From Octopus bimaculoides (taxonomy: Eukaryota), in assembly GCF_001194135.2 (NCBI RefSeq), contig NC_068981.1, positions 36,652,308 to 36,716,307 on the forward strand: a DNA stretch of 64,000 bases, read 5' to 3'. Positions 1-13,104 of the stretch are shown here, piece after piece. The notes beneath the pieces are model-generated. The model had not been told where the DNA came from. It was given only the letters and a program-made list of their open reading frames with translations, and searched no databases. The position numbers and the translations under genes were made by a program. Position 1 is the stretch's first letter; the number at the start of each line of letters is the position of its first letter.

Positions 1-146
1 AGAAGCTGGTAAGGCCAGGGGCTACACTGGGTTCCACAGTCTGTTTTGGCTAGGTTTCTATAGTTGGATGCCCTTCTTAATGCTAACCACTTTACAGAGT
101 GTACTGAGTGATTTTAAGTACTGGTGCCATGATGATGATGATGATG
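1..146 (-). mobile_element. 3' tail of RTE-type LINE/SINE family, decayed
   Basis: Reverse complement matches the GGAAGGGCATCCAGCTGTAGAAAC motif of the RTE 3' UTR at 57060-57228. Confidence 0.65.
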
Positions 147-714
147 TAATGAAAAACCTGAAGTTCTTTGAAAGAAAATTTTAATATTTTTTTATAATGA
201 AAGAAAGAATTCAAAAATAAAAGGTTAACAAGTTTGGTTCTCACTTTAAACTTTCTTTTATAGACTGATGTCTTGAAGCTAAACTTTTTGAAAGACTTCA
301 GTTTAATTTATTGATTACAAGTTAAGCCAAGCATTAATGTAATTTCTTATTTACATCCATTTTCTGAGATTCGGAAAATATTTTTATTGGCCTAAATTGC
401 ATGGAAAATGTTTTATAGCAGGATCATTTCCCTAGAAGTAGTAAGATAGCATATAATAAGTTTGTATGTCTGGAGAAGAAGTGATTGATGATGTTTTTGG
501 CTGAACCCTTTCTCCAAAGAAATATAGAAAAAGTAATTTCAGAAAACATTTCACAGTATAGAAAATAATTTTATGTTAAAAATATATTTATTAACAGTTT
601 TTTGGTGACATTAATTTTTTGCAAATCTAGTTTGCATCATCATCTTCTTGAAATTTAAACAACCATTAAGTGAAAAGTGTTAAGTATTTTCCATTAGATT
701 TATGGGAGAAAGAT

Positions 715-900
715 GCTCTTTTATTTTTTTACTTGTTCCACCCATTGAGCTGTGGCCATACTGGGGCACCACATTGGAAAGTTTAGTTGAGCAAATTCAC
801 TTATTACTTTTTATTCTTTTTTTAAGTCTAGTACTTATTCTGTCAGAATTCTTTTTGCTGAAATGCTAGGTTATGAGAAATGTAAACAGCTAGCACAGGA
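715..900 (-). mobile_element. Decayed SINE with CR1-like 3' tail
   Basis: TTTACTTGTTCCACCCATTGAGCTGTGGCCATACTGGGGCACC resembles the tail at 57722-57775 and the LINE end at 54990-55040. Confidence 0.5.
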
Positions 901-1024
901 TATCAAGCTGTGTGGGTCCTAACATACAGATACACACACAGATAGATATATATATATATGATAGGCTTCCATACAGTTTCCATCAAACTAATTCTCTCAC
1001 AATGCATTGGTTGGTCTGAGACTA

Positions 1025-1692
1025 TACGAGAGTAGGCTGAAAACTTCATAGACTGACTATGAAGGAGTGATGCTAGAGTTGTGAAATCTTGCATGCATAA
1101 ATTTCAACTCTTCTTATTAATAACTGTATTGTTTCTTTTCAGGTAAACTGATATCTGACTGTACAAAGAACTCTTCAAAAGCAACTAGCAGCAATTTCTC
1201 TTGAAAATGGACAAAATCTGCATTCATGGTGCTTTCAAGTTCCTGCAGAAAAAGCGTTTAGCCCCCAATTACATTCATGCTGACACAATTGCTGCAATAA
1301 GGGATGACACTTCAAAAGTGGGCAGCTGAATTTAGGAGAGGAAGAGAGAGTCTTGAAGATGACTCAAGGTTTGGACATCCTACAACCGGCATCACTGAGG
1401 AAGACATTGATTGTATTCACCACAAGGTGATGGATGAAAGGTGATTGACAATAAATCAAATAGCCAATGTTATTAACATATCCCACGAGAGAGTTGAGAA
1501 TATTCAACATGATGAACTCGACACGAGTTCAGTGGGTGCCATATCTTCTGACACCTGATCAAAAGCACATGAGGCTGATCACATCACACAAAAATCTGAC
1601 ATTGTTTCAGGCAGATCATTTCCTTATCCAGCATGAGTGTTGGGTTCATCACTTTGAGCCAGAAACTAAGAGACCATCCATGCAGTGGAACC
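1025..1692 (+). mobile_element. mariner transposon, 5' half, pseudogenised transposase
   Basis: TA-CGAGAGTAGGCTGAAAAC TIR-like start; frames read MDKICIHGAFKFLQKKRLAP...KWAAEFRRGRESLEDD...RVQWVPYLLTPDQK...ECWVHHFEPETKRPSMQW; truncated at (TACA)n; homologous to 36058-37105. Confidence 0.9.
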
Positions 1693-1792
1693 ATACATAC
1701 ATACATACATATATATATNNNNNNNNNNATAGATATATATATATACATATCTATATACATATATGTATATATATATATATGTGTGTATATAT

Positions 1793-2145
1793 ATGTCCAA
1801 AGTTTTAAATTTAAAATAGAGTTTTGACGCTAATATCCATTATTATTGAAATTTATTCCTATGTCTACATGTCTGTATAAGGCTATATTTGACTGTCAAA
1901 TTTAAGTCAAACATATAATTTGTCTCTTAGAGACGACGTTTTGGTATTTACCTCTTGTTCTTGATTTTTTGTTTGTTCTTAAATTTTTTTTCCTGAAGAC
2001 GTGTAAGGCAAATTATATGTTTGACTTAAATTTGACAGTCAAATATAGCCTTATACAGAAATGTTGACATAGAAATAAATTTCAATAATAATGGATATTA
2101 GCGTAAAAACTCTCTTTTAAATTTAAATTTAAAACTTTGGATATA
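1793..2145. repeat. ~135-bp inverted repeat (foldback) embedded in (TA)n; possible inverted Penelope-type terminal repeats
   Basis: 1793-1925 is the near-exact reverse complement of ~2008-2145 (for example TATAAGGCTATATTTGACTGTCAAATTTAAGTCAAACATATAATTTG). Confidence 0.85.
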
Positions 2146-2786
2146 TAACCAAGGAGAATGATCCTTAAGGAGTCTACTTTAGACTTTTTTGTGGTGAAAT
2201 CTCTTGCTATATTGGTAACGATTACATGTTTTTCTATGAACAAATATATATATGTGTGTATGCATATATATATNNNNNNNNNNNNNNNNNNNNNNNNNNN
2301 NNNNNNNNNNNNNNNNNNNNNNNNNNNNNNNNNNNNNNNNNNNNNNNNNNNNNNNNNNNNNNNNNNNNNNNNNNNNNNNNNNNNNNNNNNNNNNNNNNNN
2401 NNNNNNNNNNNNNNNNNNNNNNNNNNNNNNNNNNNNNNNNNNNNNNNNNNNNNNNNNNNNNNNNNNNNNNNNNNNNNNNNNNNNNNNNNNNNNNNNNNNN
2501 NNNNNNNNNNNNNNNNNNNNNNNNNNNNNNNNNNNNNNNNNNNNNNNNNNNNNNNNNNNNNNNNNNNNNNNNNNNNNNNNNNNNNNNNNNNNNNNNNNNN
2601 NNNNNNNNNNNNNNNNNNNNNNNNNNNNNNNNNNNNNNNNNNNNNNNNNNNNNNNNNNNNNNNNNNNNNNNNNNNNNNNNNNNNNNNNNNNNNNNNNNNN
2701 NNNNNNNNNNNNNNNNNNNNNNNNNNNNNNNNNNNNNNNNNNNNNNNNNNNNNNNNNNNNNNNNNNNNNNNNNNNNNATATATCAG

Positions 2787-3060
2787 TGAAGGTGCATGGC
2801 TCAGTGGTTAGAGCATTGAGCTTACGATCGTGAGGTTGTGAGTTTGATTCCTGGACTGGGCTGTGTGTTGTGTTCTTGAAGAAGACACTTTATTTCATGT
2901 TGCTCCAGTTCACTCAGCTGTAGAAATGATTTGCAACATCACTGGTGCCAAGCTGTATCGGCCTTTGCCTTTCCCTTGGATAACATCGGTAACATAGAGA
3001 GAGGAGGCTGGTATGCATGGGTGACTGCTGGTCTTCCATAAAAACAACTCTAGGTTGTGA
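2787..3060 (+). mobile_element. tRNA-derived SINE with conserved central domain (Meta/V-like core by resemblance)
   Basis: A box TGGCTCAGTGG and B box GAGTTTGATTCC, followed by GTGTTGTGTTCTTGAAGAAGACACTTTATTTCATGTTGCTCCAGTTCACTCAGCTG; related core at 40350-40530 (-). Confidence 0.7.
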
Positions 3061-5161
3061 ATTCGCCAGTGAGGTGACTTTCTGCCCAGATATGTACCGT
3101 GGAGGGGAACCTCTTAGGTACACCCAAGGTCATTCATGACTGACGGAGTCGAGAGCTATATATATCACTCTATGACCCCACCACCATGTAGTCAGTTGAG
3201 CTGCTAGAAACAACAGCCAACTCTCTCTCTCAGATCACTCCTTACTGCCTTAAGGAAAAAGAACCTACATTAGATAATCGATTTCTACATATTTTTTAAA
3301 TTAGACAAGATGGTCATAATTGTAATAGCTTTCAATATTTCAGTCATGACTAACTTGGAACTAACATCAACAACAATAACCCTATTTCAGTCAGGCTATG
3401 TTAAAAGAAACCTCCTGAAGATGTCATGCAATGGGACAGAACCCAAAACCTTATGGTTGCAATGTAAACTTCTTAACTACACAACCACATATGTACTGCA
3501 TGTGTGTGTGTGTGTCTTCATGTTTCAGTATGCACGTGTTTTTGAGTGTGTGTATGTATGTGTGTGTGTGCATGTGTGAGTATGTGTGTGAGTGTGTGCG
3601 CATGTACACAGTAGAATCCTTCAGCACTGTTAGTATGTATCAAGATCCACATTAGTCTATCCAATGTTACAGTAGATGGCATTGCCCAAGGCACAATGCA
3701 GTAGGCACCAATAAGCACACAGTTGGAACGATGTCTTTACAAAACAACTTCTTAACCACATTTATACCGGTGACTCTGTATTTGAGAATTTAACCCTGAA
3801 GAGATAACTAAAATATATATATGGAATTTTCTACTTCTGTGATACACAAAATGGTTTTGGCATTCGAAAGAGAATTGAATTTGACAATTGAAACCTAATA
3901 AAACATGAAATTGTGTGTAGAAAATTTACTTATGTGGCATCTAAAGTTTATTTTAAATTTACTTTTCATTTTATTGAAAGCTAGAGAAAGAACATTGACA
4001 TGGTTGTTTGACTAACTGGAACTAGGAAGCAAAATCTTTCTTAAATCACATTCTCTCATCTTACAAAAAGAAAAAGGAAGGACACATTGGAAGACGTTTT
4101 GGTTATAAGTGTCTGAAAATATCATTCTAGGAATAAATGTTCTCTAAATGGTGTTCCATAAATGTTAGTTCATACCAAATCTTTCTAAGTATAAGTAATC
4201 TATAAATGATGTGTTAGGTATAAATATTCACAGTGAAAAATGTATGATGGAATGGTTATAGCAGAAACTCTCATATCATAACTCTGCTGAATAGGTTGGA
4301 ACTGGCCTGCAATTAAATAATAAACAACAACAACATCAAGATCCAAAGGTCCCATAACCAAAATAAATAAATAAAAGAAATAAAACATGTCAATATATCA
4401 ACATGCTTCCCTCTATACTTATTTAACACAGTTAATATTTTATACAGATTTCTCTCTCTAGTGTAGATATGTCCATCATTGTATACTTAGCAATACTTAT
4501 AAGTTTCAGTAATTCCTAAGTATATATAATACCCTCATTCATATTCCTGAGAGCACAAGCTATTGCCAATTATCAAAACCCCCACCTATTTCTACAGAAT
4601 CTTCATCATGGTTTGATCTGCTATATATCTGCTTTAGTGCAAACTTTTGCCATTTCTTCAATAGTCTTATCTAAAGTCATGACATAATGTCACACTACCA
4701 TATCGAAAAACCTCGATTCTTTTTTCTTGTTTTCCTTTAGCAGTTTTTCCTCTTTAATCATGATTTTTTGATCTGCATTTTTTCCCTTGATTTGCATTTT
4801 TTCTCTTTGCTACTGTATATTCTAGTTGTATTCTCTATTTTTCTCTTGGTTATAAACTGTATGCATACATTTAACTTTCTATGATTTCAAACTATTTCGA
4901 AAGTGTCTTCTAGATATATATCAGTATTTATATTGGACTACATAAGTGAATGTTTTCACAGTGTGTGTCTTATGTGAGTGAGATAGAGAGAAAGCAAGGG
5001 GAAGAGTGAAGAGAGAGAGAGAGCAATAAAAGAAAAAGTAACAGAGTTGGATTTGTACCTATAGAGTGCATAACTCGATGAGTATATGTTTGTACATCTA
5101 TATATATTGAAAATACATACACATACACACATGTATGCACATGCACACACACAAATACTCT

Positions 5162-5198
<37 letters not shown>

Positions 5199-5203
<5 letters not shown>

Positions 5204-5450
5204 TAAGATCTGGTAATTAGTCATATATTAATATATTAATTAATATCGATTAATTATCAGGGGGCCAGCACATAGATAAATAGATAGATAGATACACATA
5301 TATATATGTATATGTATGTATATATATATATATATAATTATAAGATCTGGTAATTAGTCATATATTAATATATTAATTAATATCGATTAATTATCAGGGG
5401 GCCAGCACATAGATAAATAGATAGATAGATACACATATATATATGTATAT
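5199..5450. repeat. 137-bp-period tandem duplication bounded by (TA)n
   Basis: 5199-5313 is repeated identically at 5336-5450. Confidence 0.9.
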
Positions 5451-8070
5451 TGATATATAAATATATATTGATACACTCACATGTGCATACATTAGCAAAC
5501 ATTATATATGAATGTATCAGTGTATAAGTATTATCTAAGTATATATACATATATACATATATCTGTATATCTTCATGTATATATGCATGATGCACATGGT
5601 CTCATGTATATATGCAGTTATATAATTTCAAACACTACACTCATACACATGCATAAACGCATGCAAGCAAGAATGTACATGAACACACTTTCATTCATAG
5701 GTGATAGATGCTCTCTCTCTCTCTTTCTCCCCCACTCTCTCCTTCACTTTCTCTCTCTCTCTCACTCACTCACATGTATCATGTACACAAGTGTATTTAT
5801 AAGTCCATGCAAATGCATGTGCATATTTGAATGAACTTATAAAGACAGAAAGGAAACTGATAGTTTTATATAAATGTGTGTGTGTGTGTGTGTGTTTGAG
5901 TGCACACCTCTGAGATAAAATGTTAACTTTAGTTAGCTGTGATTGATTTGAATAAACACTGATAACTCCTGGTAGAATGTTCTACCATATCTGCAGGAAT
6001 AGCTGAAATGAATGCAGGTCACTCACTCCTTATCGCACTGAATATTTGCATCTGATGAACAAAGATTTCTCTCAATGCAATGACAAAAAAGAAAAAAAGA
6101 AAAGAAATGGAAAAGGAAAATACACCAACAATAACAACAACAAAACAAAGACAGGAAAGAGTTAAATAGATTTGGGTATTATAGTATACAATGTCAGCAG
6201 CTGAAATCAGCTGAGTGGAGCAAAGATATAGAGGACTTGTTAAAAAGATAGTGGGAGATTTGACCAAGTGATGGACATGTTTATTAATCATTCATGCCAG
6301 TAGAATAGATTTGGGATGAATTCAAAATATTTTTCTTCAATGTTATCTTTAACCTCTATTCTGACAGTTAACTACTTTGTCTTTTGTTTTCTTACTCACT
6401 CTTATTTCTATCTCTCTTTCATTCTCTCATTCACTCTCTCTTTACAGTACATGCTATCCTCATACGATCCAGTGATTTCATTTCTCTTGTGTTGTGTTCC
6501 AAACTTCTATTTTAATCACTTCTTCTTCAGATTTCACCTGGTCTACTTTTCTTTAGAACAGTTAAACTTCCCTCAGGAGTAGAAAACCACACATCAACTT
6601 TCAGAATAACAAATGTCCCCAGAAACTGGATGAAAACTTCTTGTCTCATCACTCCTAGTCTTATTTGCAACTTTTAGATGTTGCTTTCATTGCTATAGAA
6701 TTTATTTTGTTTTTATTATTATGGCTGCTGCCATTATTTTGTTGATATGTTTCTTTTTTATTAATCTTCTGATTCATTTCCCTTTCTCTGCTTCCTTATC
6801 ACAACAGATTTCGTTCCTACCACTCTATTCTTATGTTGCAATTTGCAAGATTGCATCTCACTTGTTTTTCTATTTGGTTTTTGTTTAACACTATGAAGAA
6901 AGAAGGGTAGGAAAATATTTGAATAAATAAGAAATAATTTCAAGTTTATTTATATACAAACATTTTTGTTTTCCTCTGTTCATGTGATGGGACAAAATTA
7001 ATTGCACCATGGTAGAGTGATTGTAAGCCTTTGAAAGGATACACATTCCCTTTTAGGTTATTAATAGTTTGTAATAATATTATGCAACATTAAATTGCAA
7101 TATTATTAAGTGAAAATACTAATACACAAATTTGTAACACAATCACTACACAAAGAAAATATCACATCTCATCCCAATAAAAATATGACAAGCAATTGAC
7201 TAGATCCCTCCAGATTGCTCTAAATGCTAGGCTTCACTATCAGTTAAAGTCTTTCTTGTTGTGTACATCTTTAACATTATAAAGGTTAACCTTTCACTTT
7301 AAATGTAACCTTTCTTTTCAAAACCAGAAAATATTTCAGCCCTCCACAACTACCAAACCTCAGGTGAAACCTACAATGGAGTTCTGATTGGTTGGTATTG
7401 CTGGGTTGGCACTGCTGCTGTTATACACAGAGATATCCCAGTGAACATCAAGAGAAAGCCCACTTGACTGATTGGCATCAAGTTACTGACGGATATGAAT
7501 CCAGCCTTTAGCCCACAGACATGTCTCCTTTATTTGTCTTTATTTCTGATACTACTATGGCCTCTGATTTTTGGAGCTAGCTGGTCTCATGCCATCTCTA
7601 CTCAAGCGCTTGTGACTCACACGTCTCTCTTTCTCTCATTACACTGGTTATACACAAGTACTTAGGATTTGCAGTAATCACAACATCCAGTCATTGTCTC
7701 TCAGGAATCCCCAATCTGTGCCGTGTATTTTCTGCAGTCATTGACTTACAACAGCTTAAGTGAAACATTAACGGCATCAATCTTACTGGTCTTGGCGTGG
7801 CTAAGAAGGCTATGGGTGTAGCCTCTTCTTCAAGATCAATACTAATAATAATTACTTCAGGTGTGTAAATATAAGAAAGTACAGTGTCTTTTACTAAGCT
7901 GTAGACATATAATGGAAAACTTTGATAAAGAACATTATAAAATAAAACAACAAAAGTGAATATGCATTTTAAATAGCTTCAGTGATTCTAGCCCAATGAC
8001 TATGTTTCAGTAAAATAGAAAGTTCATATATATTGCTAACACTTTTCTGTTTCTTTTATTATACTAACAT

Positions 8071-8262
8071 TCATCACCATTATCATTTAACATCTGCTTT
8101 TCATGCTGGCATGGGTAGGATGGTTTGACAGGGAACTAGTGAGCTTCAGAGCTGCGACTGAGCTCCAGTGTCATCTTTAGCATGATTTCTCCAGCTAGGT
8201 GCAATTCCTAATGTCAACCACTTTATAGAATATAGTGGGTGCTTTTTATGTGTTATTGGCAT
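8071..8262 (-). mobile_element. RTE-family 3' tail copy, decayed
   Basis: Reverse complement of the ...AACC-CATGC-AGCATG-AAAGC-GA-GTTAAA-GATGAT tail. Confidence 0.65.
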
Positions 8263-8485
8263 GTAAATTGTAAGACAGAAAAGAACAGAGAATGAGGATA
8301 AGAAAAGGGAGGAAAACATTATCTTCAATTAATAATATCATGTTTTATAGATATGATTATTTCAATTAATCAGGTGGCATTGTTTACCATTAAAGTTATT
8401 TTCATTCATTAAGTAGATTCATATTTTAGTCATATTTACAGTCATATTTTAGTGTTTTTGCTTGAAGATCTACCACCTTGTTTAG

Positions 8486-8550
8486 TTTAACACAGTGAAT
8501 TGCACTAAAGGCCTAGGGGCGGTGGCGTTATTGCATTTCACTGTGTTGGA
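8486..8550. ncRNA. Compact hairpin of pre-miRNA dimensions (candidate)
   Basis: AACACAGTGAATTGCA (8489-8504) pairs with TGCATTTCACTGTGTT (8532-8547) with one mismatch; stem extends inward (TAA/TTA, GCC/GGC) and outward by G-U pairs; loop ~10 nt. Confidence 0.3.
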
Positions 8551-8654
8551 GAAATTCAAACCAAATATCCATTTCTATCACTGTTCATATTTTCCCCTGA
8601 CACTGATCTGCTGATCTTCACTTTGGATATGGACCACATCAAACTCATCAATCT

Positions 8655-8884
8655 GTGAGGACATCGTCATCATACAAGTGGTGTTGTTTGTTTCTAGTCT
8701 TCCATGAAAAACATGTCAAGTCAGGGAGAAATATTATCTTGCTAGGAAACAGGTGAAGGTTGGTGACAGAAAATGTATCCAGCCATAGAAAATCTGCCTC
8801 ATCAAATTCTGTCTAACCTATGCAAGCATGGAAAACTGGACATTAAATGGTGATGAAGATGATGCTGATGATGATGATGATGAT
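8655..8884 (+). mobile_element. SINE body plus RTE-type (GAT)n tail
   Basis: AAAACATGTC...GGGAGAAATATTATCTTGCTAGGAAACAGG...ATGCAAGCATGGAAAACTGGACATTAAA(TGA)n; same family at 23740, 48570 and 59568. Confidence 0.7.
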
Positions 8885-9587
8885 ATACAGTTTATAAACA
8901 ATAAATTAATTTTGTGCACAACCCAATACAATTTATAAATACAATTATCCCTGTTCTATATGTGGCCTGTACATCTACATGGTGTGAATAAAATAAAATG
9001 TAAACAGTTATTATAGCCCTTCCTTAACCCCACGTTACTTAAAAACAATTCTTTTGTATATCTTCTGGAAAAAAATGTTGTTTAAACTTTGTTTTTATAT
9101 CACATCCTAACTATTTCACAAATTCCTTTTACTCTTCATAGTGTTATGAACATAAAAACATCTTTGGATTAAACAATCCTTTCAAATTATGAACATCAAA
9201 TTAAAAAAACATACTTGCTTTGTTAACCAGTCATATAGTATTTATTGTTTTAAGAAATAAGCAGAGGCCTAACTGCATGGTTAAACAGTTTGCCTTGCAT
9301 ATATGTGGTGTTTGGATTGACTGATGAGGTGTTTGTTGGATCATGGCTATTTTAGAAGACACTTGTCTAAGAAACTGGATGGTAGAACTGAACCCAAAGC
9401 AGAACTTCTTAACCACATAACTATGCCTGTAATTAAAACAAAATGTAAACAAGAGTGAAGGTAATACAATGCAAAAGAATGAAAAGCAAGTATTCTGGAT
9501 GATTCCACCAATTATTAATTTTTTTCCTCTTGCCATTTCTAGACATTGCTTTAAAAATGTTACACACACGTATGTGTGTATGTGTGT

Positions 9588-9591
<4 letters not shown>

Positions 9592-9673
<82 letters not shown>
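9592..9673. repeat. (GA)n microsatellite
   Basis: Pure dinucleotide run. Confidence 0.95.
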
Positions 9674-9676
<3 letters not shown>

Positions 9677-12521
9677 CCTTTTGGATAGTTTTGAAGTTGG
9701 AAACTTTATTTCTAATATACAGTTTTACCTGAAGACTATTGGATAATAGATTTATTAAAATTTTCTATCAATGGATGTACAGGAAATGAAATCCACAGTC
9801 TTCAAAAACTAGACTACCCACCCATTCTCCTATTTACTTTTCTTTTTGTTGTTATTCTACCTTAATATAATCTTTATAAAATTTCTCTTAAAAGTGAAAT
9901 CTTTAAAAATCAAAATATTTCCTTATTTCATTGAATACATTTTGCTCCAAGCTTCTATTAGTTAGATTGTCCTGTTTGCTTATAAAGAAAAAAATTCCTT
10001 TTGTGGGTTATAAAAAGTTACAATATAATTTTATATTTCTGAATATATGTACTTGAGTATGGTTTCTTAGAATTGATTCAGACAATTGTTAATTCACAAA
10101 ACTTTTTAAAAAGTACTCAGTTCTCAATGACACAACAGTGCTAACTAATTTAAATTTAGTCTGATTGATTTAATTGTGCAATTGGTATTACAGTTCATGT
10201 AGTATCAAATAGAGATTCTGTATGCAACACATCAAAACATTTCCTATTATAATGTTATGTATTATGTTTTGTCCAAACTACGGCAAGTCTTCTTTTGTGA
10301 TTACTTTCCACCATCCTCAGGGAGCCTCTATGTAGTTGCTCAAGACACTAGAAAGAACAGGCTTATCTCCAGAAATTCATATCTTCTGATCTTGAAAAAG
10401 TGAAGGTCATATTGAATAATGTATTGCTAAATACATCTTGCTGAAAGGAAGAGAAACTGAGGAAGATACAGAGAGAAGATACTCGACCATTCAGAATGAC
10501 ACATCCAATACATGTTAAGTTGTGTATGGGATAGAAGTGGAGGAGGTCATGCCACATGAAGACAGAGAGAAAGAAAGAAAGAAAGGAAGAAAGAGAGAAA
10601 GAGAATGAATGAGAGAGAGAGAGAGAGACAGAGAGAGAATGTAGTGGTGGGAGATATCCTAAAAGCATAGGATAGTCCTGGATGGAATGTCTTTGATGAA
10701 AAGTATTTCAGGTCAGGGCTGCCCTGGGACTACAGAACAGCCTCAATATAAGAGCACATTTTGATTCTATTGATTTTACAAAAATAATTTCAGAAAAATA
10801 ATTCTTTTTGATTTATACAATTTGCTTCTCTCCTTATTGAAAAAAAAAAAATTAATAACTCCCTTGTGTAATTAGTTTAATGTAGTCATTGAATAGTTTC
10901 AGTCATATTTTTCCCTAAAAGCAGTCACCTTAAGAAATGTTTTCATTGAAGTTCTAGCGATAGATGTCATATTTTATTGTGGACGAATTGTCCTGAGAGT
11001 TTATCCTTTAAATATATCAATCTTTATTTTAGATACCATTGTGAATTTGTCTCAAAAATGTTACCTCTTACTCTGAGCAAGTTACATAAATATATAAAAT
11101 TATAATGCAGGAACAGTTGCTTTCTCTTTCTACTTATTTACCAGTCAATGTGTCAAAACTCTCTCAAGCTGAGTTGATAGCTTAATTAACTTGTAGTAAC
11201 TAGCAGTATTTTGACAATCAAAGTGACTAGTTCAAATTTAACCCAACTGCTATGTATATATCCAGAAATGAGACATTTGATGATGATAGGAGATTAGGCC
11301 AACCAAAATGTTGTATAGATGTGAATACTGAAATGGTTTAATCTGTTTATACAAGGTTAAATGAGAGAAGAATTATATTTGTAAGGATGTGTAATAAAAT
11401 AATGATTGCTGAGTGAAACATTGGTACCACTGTTTGAAGTTTTGGGCAAAAAGTAGTGAGAGGAGACCTTGGGATGCTAAGATTCTAGGGGAAGATGACA
11501 AACAATTGAGAGATTGACATTATATTATATTGGATGGCAGGCCCATTCATCTGTTATAATATTGATAATGAATTGAAAGAAGACAATGAAGTAAAAGTAG
11601 AAAGGAAGCAAGAAATAAAGAAGGAAACAGAAGATGATACATAAAGTTGTGTTTGCCCCATGGTGTTCAATGAAGGCAATGACTTCAACCATATGACACC
11701 TCAACAGAAAACACATCCTTGAAAGGGAATTAAAACTGCTCCTGTCTATACTTCTGTATGTTTGAAGCGATGGAAGTGAAAGTATTTCATTTCACAAATG
11801 TGTGATATACTCACTGCCACTATGAAAGCTCTGTCATATGTGGTTTAAAGATATTTCAGCCATGATAGGTGACCATGACTGACTATATATCACTTCAATA
11901 AGTGAAGCAATCATCAGGCACAAGTTCAAGAAACAACAACTGCTCCCACCTATATACACCTTCTATATACCTGAAACTATGGAAATGGCAGTATTTCATT
12001 GTTGCAGATCTGTAGGACACTTCAACCACAAGAGCAAGACTGACCTTTAGTTGATTGTTTGTCAGTTATGAGCCATAGTCTTATTTTCTTGACACAGATG
12101 CTAAACTAGAGCTAGGTTTTTATAAAGTGTGAAGCACATCAGACTTATTTTCTCATTCCCTCACAATTCACCCAGTTACTAGATAACATCAAAACAACTG
12201 AGTTTGTATGACGATGCAGGTGATAGCAAAAGTGGCTGAGGTTATCTCCAGATCTTGCACCACCATCTAACTTGGTGTATATCTGAACCATAAAATACCA
12301 TTTCAGATGTTTGATTAGCATCATGACTTATTACCCAGTACAATATGTTACTGCCTGTATCTAATGTTCCTCCATTAACCAGCTACTGCCAGATTTGAAG
12401 CTGTAGAGATGGAGGCTACTTATTTGTTTCATACCTCATTTGAATGAAATGAAAACATGCCACCCAACATACACATATTTAGTGTGTATATGCTCACATT
12501 ACAGGATGTCTATTGACTCAC

Positions 12522-12719
12522 CAGTGTCCATCTACTCTCTGACAGGTCTTGTTTCTTCATTCTAAGAATGTTCAGCTTCACACTCCTTCTCAGGGATTCA
12601 TCAATCTCCACTCTCTGTGTGGGCAAGAAAGGGACAGTTTGATAGAATCTAACAAGTTGGAGGCCTGCATAGTGCTCCAGTGTCTGTTTTAGCAAGGTTT
12701 CTTTTTCATGGCACAAAAA
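12522..12719 (-). other. 66-codon open frame: probable decayed LINE AP-endonuclease N-terminus, alternatively an exon
   Basis: Reads ...VRFYQT...KLNILRMKKQDLSESRWTL, resembling the RTE endonuclease motif KLNILGLSESRWT; also flanked by AG acceptors (12720, 12615) and a GTGAGT donor. Confidence 0.35.
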
Positions 12720-13104
12720 CTACAGGGGTTATCTTGCAGCTTGCAAGACTAAAGAATCTAAAGAGGTCTCAATAACTGAAAGAGAATGGGAAAGAAAAGG
12801 AAAGATAGTGACAGCTAGCTAGACAGATTAGATAGAGAGACAAATTATGTGATGATTTCAGGTAAGGTGATGAGAGAAGGTAAAGCATAATGAGTGGAAT
12901 AGATTTACAGTGGTGAGAGAATGATAATGGAATGGAGAGAAAAACAGTACAATGCTATGGGGGAGGGAGGGGAGATGGAATGAATTAGTGCTAGGGGTTA
13001 GTAAAAAAAGAGAGGGATAGATTGGTGTGAGAGATAAGGTGAATCGTGTAGAAGGAATCAAGGACTACCCTACATATGGGTGGAGACATGAGAAACAGAA
13101 AATA

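Noticed and set aside
5199-5450. Exact 137-bp tandem duplication as a biological repeat
   Set aside because: Identical copies joined at (TA)n; most simply a contig-join or haplotype artefact, and needs long reads to test
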